Assembly (NCBI RefSeq): GCF_009834535.1
Contig: NC_045697.1
Span: 71,922,001 to 71,986,000, forward strand
Reading direction: 5' to 3'
Source: Camelus ferus
Taxonomy: Eukaryota
DNA length: 64,000 nt
Each line of letters opens with the position of its first letter. Within the stretch, counting starts at the first letter, position 1. Shown here one piece after another: positions 1-12,170 of this stretch. The position numbers were made by a program, and so were the translations under genes. The notes beneath the pieces are model-generated. The model made no database searches, was not told the origin of the DNA, and saw only the letters and a list, made by a program, of their open reading frames with translations.

Positions 1-1229
1 TTCCCAAATTCTTCTGTAGTCTCAGATGATATGTCTTTCTTTTACCATTTTGATTGTGGTAACCAACAGAAATGGCTTGATCTGGCTCCTAGTTAAATGC
101 CTTTTGTAAACTCATTAAACTTTTTTTTTTCTATTTCTCTAGTTATAAAGTTTCATGGCATTGGGATATTTGGAGGTTTTATAATTTAATTGTAGAAAAC
201 ATTTGCAGATGAACAGAATACATAATGGTTACTATTATAATGTGACTGTTCCCTGAAGGTTATCTTTCTCTCCCTTTACCACTCCAGGTGTAGCAAAAGA
301 GTGGAAATTTTGTATCTCTGCAGGGTACACATTCTAAGATATTAGACAACATTGTGAAGGACCAAAGTGGTAATCAATCTCAGTAAAGTACTGTTCAGAA
401 TGGCTTTTGTTTCACCAGGTCCAGAAAAGCAGAATGTGCCCTCTGTATGACTTTACATTTAGCACTAAGATACATTTTTAAAACTAAGTGCTTATTGCTA
501 CTGGAAATTCATAATTATTCTCCAATTATATATTGCCCAATGTGTGCTCCCATTCTTTTTTATGTAGTTTTTAATCATAGAAACAGGGGAAATTTTCAGT
601 TCCTGCTGTGTGGAACAGTACTACATCATATTCAGTAGTTTGCCACCTAATGACAAAAAATTAACTAGAACAAAATTGAGTTTATGGAAGAAATCAACCA
701 ATACTTTTAACAAGCAGTCATGTAATAAAGGACTCATTGAATCATAGCTTCTCTGTTCTTCATCAAGAACTAGTCAACTCTTTTGCAAAATATGTGAGAC
801 TGTGAATTTCTCTGTGACTACACACTCATTTTAATCATCCTCATATCACAGCTGACAGCTCTTTTCTGACAAATTTGGTTCTGAGCAAGTTAATCAAAAT
901 TCCATTTCCAAAGTTATGATATTTGGTATTGTTTAATTAAGTTTTATTTTTAGTAAGGCAGAACATTTTTCCATATAGAAGATTCTCTTAAAAATTATCG
1001 TTAGAGTTTTCTTTTCTATCACTCGATCATATTAAGACTTTGCTGAGAAGAGTCACTGCTGGAACAAATCATTAATTGGAAGAAAAAACCTTAGGATGCC
1101 TACCTCTGACTCCAGGATATTAGATATTGCTTTGATTCTGAATAATTAACTTTATACAGGAAAAAAAACCAGTAATAACTATCACTTGACAACTACCATG
1201 TCATGTCAATGTTTCCATGGAGATAGTTA

Positions 1230-1500
1230 TTTGATTCTCTTGCCTAACAATCGTCATTTTAAAATCTAATCTGAGCATCTATGTCTTTGGATCAGTTTTA
1301 TGCATTTATATTTATTGTAATTACTGTTGCATTTGGATTTCTTCCTGACAGACTATTGTACATTCCTTCTGCATATTCTCTTATTTCCCACTCTCTCCTT
1401 TCCTATCTTCCATTGGATGAATAGATTATTTTTAGCTGGTTTATTTCTACACTTCCGGTGGTTATCACTAATTTACTGATAACACATATCTGTTTACTTT
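1230..1500 (-). mobile_element. Ancient L1 fragment covering the start of ORF2
   Basis: Minus strand reads NPNATVITININA*N*, resembling the L1 ORF2 N-terminus (ISxITxNVNGLN). Heavily decayed. Confidence 0.45.
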
Positions 1501-2133
1501 TTCCTAACATTTTAAGCCTATCCAGAGCTAAATTGTTCCCTTTTAAAATGTCAAGGGCCAACTCACAGCTAGCAATTGTGTGTGAATTAGAGAAGGGCAA
1601 CCCTTCTTGAGGAAAAAAATGTTTTAAATCAGCCTGGGGGTTTTCTGGAGCCCTGGTGAGCAGCAGCCCTGCCTCCCTGAAGGCACACATGTGCTCCTCT
1701 CCGCAGCTCAGGCATCATATCCAAGGGGCCCATTCGACTCAGGTCTCCACTCCACGCATTGGCCATTAAGACAGTGATGTGAGGGCCAGAACGCAGGCCC
1801 TAATGATCTGTCTAAGATGTTTATGTAATGTAAATGATGCGTCTTTGGTGTGATGTCATCATGCAGCACAGACATGAAGCCCTGTCTGCTGTAGTGCTGC
1901 CTGAACAAGGCGAAAGCTTCAGCATTAACCTGCCTCCTCTGGTCCCTCCACAAGCATACGGGCATCACGTAAAATGCTTTAGGTCTGGATTGTTTGGGAT
2001 ATAGTTTAGCTTCTCTTCATCCTTTGTTAATTTAAACAGGAAACCTTACCAAGTTAGTTACTCATGCTAACTTCCCTCATCTCAAAGCACCCTAGATTTG
2101 TTTCTCTTCTTGCTTGAGTGCTTTGTCTTGGAG

Positions 2134-2354
2134 CAGGAGGAGACAAACTTTTCTGCAAAGGACCTGATAACAAATATCTTAGGCTTGTAGATGGTCCAGT
2201 CTGTCATTAACTACTCAGGTCTGCCATCAGAACAGGAAAGAAGCCATAGATTATACATAAGCGAATGAGTGGCACTGTGTCCCAATAAAATGTTATTGGT
2301 GAAAACACTGGGGGAACCAGTTTTGGCCCACAGCCCACAGCTTTCTGACTCTTG
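2134..2354. mobile_element. MER58A-like hAT-Charlie MITE
   Basis: cagg..gacaaacttttctgcaaagggacc ... ttggcccacagcc..ctttctgactcttg follows the MER58A layout with degenerate TIRs. Confidence 0.8.
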
Positions 2355-2399
2355 CCCTTAGAGTATTTTTTAAAAGACTCATTGTGTGGTAAATCTTCT

Positions 2400-3080
2400 G
2401 AAGCATTGTGCATGTCATGAATTTTTTTCTGTGTATTTAAATTATAATCCAGCTGGGAAAAATTCTAGATTCAAATGTCTTCTTATTCAACACTCTGAAA
2501 ATAGTATTCCATGATCCAACATTGCTATTGTACAATCTGATAACAATGAATTTTTTGTTAGAGGAAAAAGATCTGCTTTTAATCTCTGGAAGCTATTGGA
2601 ATTTTTCTTTTAGACTTAGTTTTTCTTACATTTCACATCACATGCATGGGTATAAGTTATCATTTCTCTACTCTGTTTCACACGGCCTGAAATCTGTCCA
2701 TTCAGTGTGTGAATACTTTTCCTTAGTTTAAGGAAGTCTTATTCATAATTTTTTTCAGTTATTTCCTTCTCTCTGTTCACTGTTTGTCTTGCCACCTGAA
2801 ACCACTTGTTCAGCTATTGATGCTACTTCTATTTTCCATAATTCTTAATTTTTTGTTATATGGTCCATCTCTTTATCCCTTTCTGACACCTTTCAAGAAA
2901 GGTCCTGGACCTCACCTTCCAGCTCCCTAACTTATCTTCCATCATATCTATTCAGCTACTTAACCCCTCTATGGAGGTCTTTATTTCAGCTATTATATTT
3001 TTCAGATTTCAACTATTAAGTATTTCCAGTCAAATTGTATATGTGACTGTCTTCTGCTTCATGCATCCAATTTCCTATCT
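2400..3080 (-). mobile_element. Old L1M fragment (antisense)
   Basis: T-rich sequence with typical antisense L1M phrases (aattctagatt..., ctttatccctttct..., tattcagctacttaacccctct). Confidence 0.5.
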
Positions 3081-3099
3081 ACATTTTTGGGAATTACTT

Positions 3100-4180
3100 T
3101 AACTAGATGTCACAGAAAATCTGATTAAGTAGTGGCTTAAACAAATTAAGCTGTTTATTTTTCACAAATAGCAAGAGGTTTGAAAGTAAGTGGTTGCTGG
3201 CAGTTCAGAGTGTTAGGGTCAAGGTCTCTCCTTCCCAGTGTCTTTCCCTCATGGTGGCCAGATGATAAATGCCTTCCAGCCGTCTTGCAGCAGGCAGCAG
3301 GAAGCAGGCAGCAGGCAGAAGGGAGGGCAAGGAGATGGAAGAAGAAGCACTACCTTTATCAGGCAAAGACTTTCCCAGAAATCCTCAGCAGACTTCTATC
3401 TCATTATCGACCATTGTGCTGTGTAGCCACCTCAAGCTGCAAGGCCATCTTTTTTGCAACTGAAGTTTAGTTGATGTACAATGTTGTGTTACTGTCTGGT
3501 ATACAGCATAGTGATTCAGTTATACATATACATATATATATATATATATCTTTTCATATTCTTTTTCATTATGGATTATTATAAGATATTGAATATAGCT
3601 CCCTGTGCTATACAATAAGACCTTGTTGTTTATCTATTTTGTGTATAGTAGTTTGTATCTGCTAGTCCTAAACTCCAAATTTATCCTTCCCCTCCTTTCC
3701 CCTTTGGTAACTATAAGTATATTTTCCATGTCTGTTGAGTCTGTTTCTGTTTTGTAGATAAGTTCATGTGTGTCCTTTTTTTTAGATTTCATGTATAAGT
3801 GATATCATATGATATTTGTCTTTCTCTGTCTGACTTACTTCACTTAATATGATAATCTCTAGGTCCATCCATGTTGCTGCCAATGCCATTATTTTGATTT
3901 TTTTATAGCTGAGTAGTATTCCATTGTATCCTGGGCATATATCCAGAGAAAGTCTAATTTGAAAAGATACCTGCACCCTAATGTTCATAGCAGCACTATT
4001 TACAATAGCCAAGACATGGAAGCAACCTCAATGTCCATCAACAGATAATTGGATAAAGAAGTTGCAAGGCCATCTTGATGGTAGGTTTTTGGCTTCCCAG
4101 ACCCTCACGGTAGAGGAAGGCAAGGCAAAAGCAGGTCAGAAAGAATACTGAGTGAGCCAACCACATACAGTATCTGCTAC
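3100..4180 (-). mobile_element. MLT1-type MaLR LTR interrupted by a younger L1
   Basis: agtggcttaaacaaa...tttatttttcac start and aagactttcccagaa...tgtagccac body. It resumes after the L1 at 4077. Confidence 0.6.
3452..4062 (-). mobile_element. 5'-truncated, 5'-inverted L1 with 14-bp TSD
   Basis: TSD tgcaaggccatctt at 3438-3451 and 4063-4076. Antisense 3' UTR/ORF2 end to about 3929, then sense ORF2. Confidence 0.9.
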
Positions 4181-4599
4181 AGTCCTCATTTCTCTGAGAT
4201 TCTGTTCACTTATTTTTAATTGTTTGTTTGGTCCTTGTATCTGATGTCATTTTTAACTTTGTGGTGTTTTTAATAATGTTTTCAAACATAAAATGTTTTA
4301 TTTTCGCTCCTAGAAAGAAGGAATGTGAAACAGCCCAGCTAATGATGGATGCCTCAGAGGAAGGGTGTGAGCCCGGGGCCTTAACTCAATGGGAAGGAGG
4401 AAGACAGCCCTCAAGAGGGTGTTGAGGATGCTACCTCTGTCCTCACACTGTTCCTTTGCAAGAATGGTCACCCCATGACAAACTGACATGAGGAAGGCTC
4501 AGAGGGATCTGGGCCTCCTGTGTGTCTCTCTGCACCGCAGCCAGGCTTAGGGTTTCCTAACTACCCATTGCTGTGTGGCCTGGCAGCTGGTAAGCAAAC

Positions 4600-4880
4600 T
4601 AAAGACAGGTCACATAGTGACAGTACTTTGAAATTGTTGAGAACTAGCAACCTTGCAACTAGAGAGGGAGCTGGAGAGAGAAGGATGGGACAGGGCAAAT
4701 TAAAAATCCACAAAGCTCACTGTTCTTACCAAGTTTCAGTTGAATAAAGGCTCTTCAAGCTCTTACAAGCCTTTACTTAATTTTCAGAGTTCTGAAAAAG
4801 TTGATTTTGATCATTTTTGCCAGTGTTCTTTTTGCTTTTTGTGGAGAAATAGGGTTTTGGAGATCCTTGCTCCATCTTTC
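4600..4880 (-). mobile_element. Old L1M 5'-end fragment
   Basis: aaagctcactgttcttacc...ttaattttcagagttctgaaaaagttgattttga motif typical of antisense L1MC/L1MD 5' ends. Confidence 0.55.
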
Positions 4881-5179
4881 TGAAAGTACTTCTCACCCAA
4901 TACATCATTTTCACAATTTCCTGGTATAAAAATAAGTGTAGGTGTAACAGATGAAGAGAAGGTATGATAACCTGTTTTTATTCATGTCAAATATTATGAG
5001 CTTCAAGATTTGACAATAGTAAGACAAAATAAAATGACTTACCTATATTCAATAGTAGGTATAAAAAGAAAGCAAACAAGAAAAACTGCATGAATAAGCA
5101 CATAATCTAAAGTACAACTGCCATTTTTGATTTTTGTTTTCTTAGAACCTTTCACTTTGGTTTTACTGGTGTAAATAAT

Positions 5180-5609
5180 TGTTAAAAATTCAGAGTGGGG
5201 GTATAGCTCAGTGGTAGAGCCCACGTTTAACATGCACGAGGTCCTGGGTTCAATCCCCAGTACTATCACTAAAAAAAATTAAGTAAATAAAAAAATTTTA
5301 ATTAAAAAAAAGTAAAAGAAAAAACTCAGAGTCAGGAGACCAGATGGGGGAGCTCTCACACCCTACAACGATAGCAGAGCCCAAGAGGAAGAAGAAAGAC
5401 TCCTCTTCTGACAAGGAAAGGCGGTGGACTCTGTTTACTACAGCCTTCCCACCTTCCCTTTCCTTTCTATAAGGTGTTCTTCCCTTGCGGTGAAGGGAGT
5501 TGCACGTGGCTCACCATGACTGCAGACCCCAAATGCAAGTCTATGCTGATCTCGAGTATATCCATTTTTGCTGGAGAAATAATTGGCAGTCTATTTGTTT
5601 TAGGTCAAC
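5180..5609 (+). mobile_element. ERV solo LTR containing a SINE
   Basis: Starts tgttaaaa, ends tttgttttaggtcaac, with an internal TATA-like ctataag. Confidence 0.55.
5197..5319 (+). mobile_element. tRNA-Ala-derived SINE (camelid Vic-1-like)
   Basis: A box tagctcagtgg, B box ggttcaatcc, A-rich tail. TSD aaaaa(t/c)tcagagt at 5184-5196 and 5320-5332. Confidence 0.9.
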
Positions 5610-8600
5610 CTTAGTATACAAGTGATTTTGGAATTATTCATATTTTATTCAAAATCCTTACATCTTTGAGGCAAAAACAAATTTCATATGAGATTCTAGT
5701 ACTTAATAGATGTGAATTGCATTTTAAAAAAACTCTTTACTTTCATCCTGAAAAGTATGGAGTTTCTCAAAATATTACTAATACTCTGCAGCCAACAAGG
5801 CAAGTTTTCTGAGTCCAAGTTTTATTAAATTGTTAAAATAGTTTATACACTCAAAAGTTAGCATCTAAAATATAGAAAATTAGATGACTTTGCATTTTTA
5901 ATACATGAAACAGAAAAACTTAGTAAAGCATAGAACTAGGAAGCAACAATTTTTTTTAAATAAGATTGACCAGTAAGTTAATCAGAAAGTAAAACCTTAT
6001 TATAGGAAAAGAGGAAAAACATCAACTTTACCTGGAAGGAACGAAGCAAGTTAAATTATTAAAATCAGGTAAAATATACTGGCCAGCCATAATTTGGAGT
6101 TGGAGAGAAACAGCGTGAAGAGAAAAACCTGTAGAACTGTGACATGGTTTGTATTGTCTTCTTTCAACATTGAAAGTGAGAAAAAATAAGAAGACAGTGG
6201 GAATCTGACCAAGTAGAGTTAAAACTGCACTGAGAAGACTCCATTTCTAGTTGCTTAACAATAGGAAATTCCCAACCACACAGCATTATAATGAGAAAAG
6301 CCACAAGCAGATGTAGCAAGCAGTAAGTAGGTGCTAAGTATTTAGATGGTCTAGTTAGCTTTCCCTTAGTGAAAAATCTGGAGAGGAAGTGGACAGATCT
6401 GTGCTCCAGACATAGAATAACAAGAGAAAAGAGAACGTGATTGGTGTGTAAGTTGATCCTGTATCCTGTTTCGCTGGGAATGGTTTAAAACTGTTGTCTT
6501 GACTTCATCACTAATAGTTCCTCTTTTCACTCTCATATATGTCCCGGTTTGGACAATAAATCAAAAGGGCAAGAAATGCAGTCACTCTGTTTATATGTGA
6601 CAACTCAAGCCTGTCACCTTGAGAGGGCACTCTTTGACCCTCTGGCTTCTCTTGCTGACGGTATGCTGAGAAGTCATATCAATTCCCATCCTCAGTGTCA
6701 CCTCTGGTCTGATCCAGTTTGCTTGGAAGGAATTCCCAGCTGCTCAGGGAGCCCGGACATGCTTTGAGCCAAGGTTTGGGACAATCAGGAAGCTCCCTGC
6801 TGGACTTGCTCTCTCCTCCCAGCCTTTCCCATCACCCTGAAGAAAGGGCCACCCCAGGGGCAGAGAAAGGGAAGGAAGGGAAGCGGAGGGCAAGTCAATC
6901 AATGAATTCTCTAAAAATGCAATGCTTTACCTTTTCAAACTTCTGGAAAGTGAATGGGGACCCATTTTGTTCTACAACAGAATACTGTTTCCAGGTTTCA
7001 GTGTATGTATGGATTAAATGCTAATTAAATGATTTCTTATTCCTGTCTATTTAGTTCTCCCAGGAACCGTAAAATCCTTTCTTTCTCTCCTTGACCTATT
7101 GTTAAAAACCTGTCCACACACTCTCTCAAAAGACCTCAAAAGTATTTAATTTTCAATAAAGCAGTTAAAGTTGTACATACCCCCAAATACCATCTTATCT
7201 CCATTGGCCCTGCTAGTGTCTTCTTGTCAAAGTTACTTTGGTCTCCTTTATGCTTCCTCCTTCCTTGGTGCTTGTTCGAGGGCAGCAAATGACACAGTGG
7301 ATCATTACAGTGTGGAACACCTGTGATTCTGCCAGCGCACCTCGGTCATGACGATCATCAGTTGATGGGTCAACAACACAGAGCCTTGTATTTGAAACAT
7401 AAGAGGTACCTTAGAGAAGTGGAAACTTGGAGGACTCGAGTGTTAGATGAGCACAAGCACTTTTTCTTAGAAAACATACCACATCATTAACTTTACCTAC
7501 AAGATGGTAAATGTTAGTATTATTATGAAGTGTCCAAATTTACAGTCATCCTACCTATAACGTGATAACTGGAGTGAGATGTGCAGTTACAGGTTTGTGG
7601 ATAGCATAAGTTGTCGCAGGTACTCACCAATGTAACTGCACACCAGCAAGTATGATTTCTTTGAATAGCAGGAATGTCGTTCCAATGCCTCCTTCAAAAG
7701 AAAGACTTCAGGGGAATGATCAACCAAAAGATCTGAGACCAACTGTGTTTTAGAGCATTGAACTGATTGCAACCAATATGGAAGAGAAGACACCATAAAA
7801 GTTCAAAGCTGCCTTGAAGAGAAAACACAGGAAATAAACAAAGAAAACATTTTAATTAATGAATGAACAAAGAAATATTCCAATTTTAACAAAGGGAAAG
7901 AAGTTTTTTCCTTAATTTTTAGAACACTAGTATTATGAAGATCAATATTTTTGTCATTGTTTACAACATGTAAAATCTTTGGTTCTTTGGAATTAGATTA
8001 TCTTCTTTCTAAAATGGCTTTAAAGAAGTAAATAAACAAATGGAATGAATTAACACAGTCTCTTCTGGGCCTGGGATCCTATTCATTTTTCATAAAAGAT
8101 CATTTAATTTTCACAAGGTGACTGTGCACTGCCCTTACTAACACTTAGTAACACAGCAGTGTGCCTTCCTGCAGGAGTAAAACCTAAGCATTAGAAGTTA
8201 AGATTTTAATAAATATCTAGTCTGATTTACTATGAAAGCCAAAAAAATTGATAATACGAATTTAGAGGCAAACTTGGAAGAGGCTGGGAGGCTTAAACTG
8301 TCTAATCGATCAAGGCATTTTCCCTACCTATCTCTTTTATTTTTAAGTATTTCTTTTCTAGAATCCCTTGGAGAAAGATAGCTCAAAGCAAAACTTAAAT
8401 TCAGAATAGAATTTTCTCCATCAAAAGGCAAAGCTAAAAAGGGATTTTTAACAAAGGGATGGTGCTTGATCTCATTTCAGCAAATGTCCATCGTACACTT
8501 ATCATGCATAAGACTCCAGGCAAGGCATCATGATGGGTAAAATCATGTACAACATATGACCCTGCCTTCTAGAAACCCTTGCCTGAGAGTCAGGTATAGA

Positions 8601-9782
8601 AACTCCAATGCATACATAAAACATTGACAAAATACTGTGAGTATAAAAAAGGAAGAAATTTTCTTTTGAGGTGATCTCGAAAAGATTCTTGGAAGTGGTA
8701 GTATTCAAAGTGAATCTTAAAGTATAAGCCAGATTTCATCAATCAAACGTGAGCATGACACTCAGGTAAAACCCAAGTCTGGCACACAAGGATCACGGGA
8801 AATACAAAGACTGAGACGTGCCGGTGTTTTCAGGCACGGGCTGCTAGAGGCAGGGTTTTTTCCTAACATCTAGGCCAGTACAATACACAGATGCAAACTT
8901 AAGTCACTTTGATGGATAATTACTTTCCTTCATTTTGATCAAATAACTCTACTTCCTATTTTATATTTTCAAACAGTAGGTAAGAACAAATGGAAAGTAA
9001 AAGTATGAATCCCAAGGATGAAGTAATCTGGTACAACGTTTAAATCAATAGGATTTGGGGTTAAAACTGACTTCAAATCCTTTCCATAACACCAGCTGTT
9101 TGACCTTGGGACGGTCTAAGCAGCTGGTGTGACTAAATACATTTTATGTCTCAATTTTCCCTTCTATTAAAAAATGGGATAATATCTGCTTTGCAGCTTT
9201 GTTGTAAATATGAAAGGAATAACATATTACAACATATGTAGTAAATATGAAAGGAATAACAATTACAACTAAGGATTTATTACACTTCTCCAAACACATG
9301 CATTTTATTACAATTTTATGAGTTATCTGTGTTTGTGTTCTTATACTGATTGTATCCACTATTACCTTCCAGTTTATCAGTTCCTAATGCCATGGACAAA
9401 GACCAAATATATATGAGGAATATACTTTGGTCACCTGAATGACCAAATATGTATTTCTTATAAATCACAATACTGAAGTACCATATGGGTTAATCTGACA
9501 AAGTAGTGTGGGAATTCAAGAAAGATACATATGTGGCTATAAGTTAACTTCAGAAAGTTTTAATGGAGAAAAACTGTGCTGCAGAAAAAGAATTAGGTTT
9601 AGGTAAGGGCGGAAATGGAGGTCAGCATGGAGAGGAGGGGGACCCACGCACAGCGCTTCAACCCCAGCTCCCAGTAGTGCCGTCAGGGCTTCTTCCAAGT
9701 TCCAAGACAGCGAGGTCTTTTATTCTCTTCCAGTATGTCTCTGGGCTGTGCCTGAGCAGAAAGGAAAAAGTCACACAAAGAG

Positions 9783-10031
9783 GGTGGGAAGGGATAAATT
9801 GGGAGTTCGAGATGTGCAAATACTAACTACTATACATAAAATAGATTAGAAACAAATTTCTTCTGTATAGCACAGGAGACTATATTCAATACCTTGTAGT
9901 AACCTATAATGAAAAAGAATATGAAAAGGAATGTATGTGTGTATATGTATGACTGAAACATTATGCTGTACACCAGAAACTGACACATTGTAACTGACTA
10001 TACGTCAATAAAATAAATAAATAGATTTTTT
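9783..10031 (+). mobile_element. 5'-truncated L1 3' UTR
   Basis: L1 tail ending ...gactatacgtcaataaaataaa. TSD aaagtYaYacaaagag at 9767-9782 and 10032-10047. Confidence 0.9.
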
Positions 10032-10461
10032 AAAGTTATACAAAGAGTTCAGGAATCTAGTCTCATTTCAACTACTTATTTTATCATTTGACCTTGAACA
10101 AATCCCCGGTGCCTCAGTGTTCTCCTCTGTGAGACGGGGAGAGTAAGGCCAAGGCTGCCCATCTTACAGGACCACGTGGATCAATGAACATAAAACTCCT
10201 TGGAAATGTGGGAAGAGCAATACACATGTAAGTCATTATTGCCATCCCCACTGTCTCTCTTGCTATTTGCAAAAGCAGAAGGAGAAACTGCGGCACAGAT
10301 AACTTCTATTATCTTCAGAGCTATAGAGCTGTGTGTGCAAGATAAGCTGCTTTTACCCTGCCAGAGATTTGGGGCTGTCAGCGGGCACAGAGCACCAGCT
10401 TACCAGCTATGGTTACACAGGTCACTTATACAGTCAGATGCCCTTTGGGGGCAATTTGAAA

Positions 10462-10523
10462 ACTTCCGGGATGAACACGTTATCTCTTTACTGATTGGTT
10501 GTACCACCTGTTTCCATGGCAAC
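10462..10523. promoter_or_regulatory. ETS + NF-Y + RFX X-box module
   Basis: ACTTCCGG 10462-10469, CTGATTGGTT 10491-10500, GTTTCCATGGCAAC 10510-10523. Confidence 0.5.
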
Positions 10524-11254
10524 TCTAGAGGCAGTCCACACTCACCCACTTTCTGCTCCCAACCTCTGTAACATCTTTCTTACAGCAAGAGGCAGAAATT
10601 TTAATAAAGTAGAAGCATTTTAGTAAATGGAGGTATAATTTAAATCAAAGCTTTTTGCATTTTTTGAGTCCCCGTGGTTTTCTATATGTTACAGTAAACT
10701 CATAGTTCTTTCCTCTAAGGGGAATGGAGGAGAGCAGACATTTTTTATAAAATTTCTTATAGGAACATTGAGAAAGCATTGTCCCATAATCCTCTGCCAC
10801 ATTTTATGAGCAGAGATCTCTCGCCAACATTTAGTTCACCTTATTCTCCCAGAAGAGAACCGTGTATTCTGAGTGCTCGTTTGCCACACACAGATTTCAG
10901 GACAATCTCACACTCTTCCTTCTACCCAACTTAGCATCACCCAACACCTGGTCTTGGTGGGGTGGGGAGTCTAGAGGTGGGCCAAGGATCACACCACGAC
11001 TTGGACGTCACGGTCCTGAGCGAGCTCACAACAATCCGATGAAGCAGTAGTATTTTCCCCATTTTTCCATTTGACATTACTGAGGTCCAGAATATATGAT
11101 TAACTGACAGTGTTGTAAGGTAGGTTAAGTGACGAAACCAGTATCCAACCACACACAAGTGTGTCCTGACCACGCAGGCTTGACTGCATCCTTGGTGGCT
11201 GAAAGCTCAGCGCTGCATGGTCATCACAGTTTTGAACGCTGATCAGTGACTCTG

Positions 11255-11790
11255 GTTCTTAGTTTGAGTTCTCTCAGAAATCAGAGCCTGAGACGCAGAC
11301 TTGGGAGCAGGTGGTTTACTTAGGAAGTTATCCCAGGATGCAGGAGCCCGAGGGAAGAGTAAGACAGGAGAAAGGAAAAACCACTGTAAGTTGTGTCTTT
11401 GAGATAGCAGAGGGATTCCTCCAGGATGGATCCTCGATTTTACCAGGGCCTCTGAGAAGCATATAGAATGCCTTTTAGAATTATCCAGCTGACAACAGGA
11501 GGCTGGAGCGTTTATGCACTCGTGCCCCATGCCCCCCCACCCCGAGTGAGAGTTGTCCCTGAGCAGTGAATTCTCTGGCGCTTTCTGGCTGCTCTCTGCA
11601 CAACACCAGCAGCTCCTAGAGTGTCAGAGATGACTCTGGGGTGAAGCACAGACAGACAGATAGCTGGGCTTCAGGTGGAGGTTGGCTGTGTTGAGTCAAG
11701 TCTGAACTATGGGAGACGCGTCCACCGTCTGCTGCTGAAATCGGAGCGGGGCCTGGAGACTGGGGCAGGCACCTGGGGTGTCAGCTGCAC
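11255..11790 (-). mobile_element. LTR16-like ERVL LTR
   Basis: ttcttagtttgagttctctcagaaatcagagcctgagac...ggtttacttaggaag terminus typical of antisense LTR16. Confidence 0.6.
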
Positions 11791-11959
11791 CCTAATTCTA
11801 GGATACTTTACAACTTACTGAAATAACTGTTGGTTTAGCGTTGTGACTAGCCCACTCACATCTGACATGGGCATGACCTAAATTATAGTCATAACATAGC
11901 ACTGTCACAATACAGTCGATTCAGCAGTAGCCTCTCTGGAGCAGTGATCATAGCCCAAG

Positions 11960-12170
11960 TGGGGGCTCTGTGCCGGGATCTTCTTCTAGTTTCATCACTA
12001 GAAAGCCTGCATGCACAAGTCATGTAAGCTCCAGGTGTTTAAGTTTTCTACCCTGTGAAATGGACAGAACAGAAACCACCTCACAGTTTGATGTAAAGTT
12101 CCATAAAATAATACATGTAAAGCACTTAGAAGCATGCTTGGATATAGTCGGTACTCAAAGGGATAGATAG
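11960..12170 (+). mobile_element. MIR
   Basis: agttttctaccctgtgaaatgg...acctcacag...aataatacatgtaaagcacttag core. Confidence 0.7.

Noticed and set aside
1..1690. Coding-like minus-strand frames with few stops (e.g. LVLDEEQRSYDSMSPLLHDCLLKVLVDFFHKLN) suggesting a lost gene
   Set aside because: Adjacent sequence resembles the start of L1 ORF2, so an ancient antisense L1 is the simpler explanation. No confident protein match; tBLASTn would settle it.
5037..5090. Minus-strand polypyrimidine tract followed by TAG|GTAAGT (recursive splice-like; similar at 6030 and 7495)
   Set aside because: No established host transcript, and such motifs arise by chance in AT-rich DNA.
5197..5268. tRNA-Ala-like sequences (also 45037 and 52773) as real tRNA genes
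   Set aside because: A-rich tails, TSDs, mutated anticodon arms and no oligo-T terminator mark them as SINEs.
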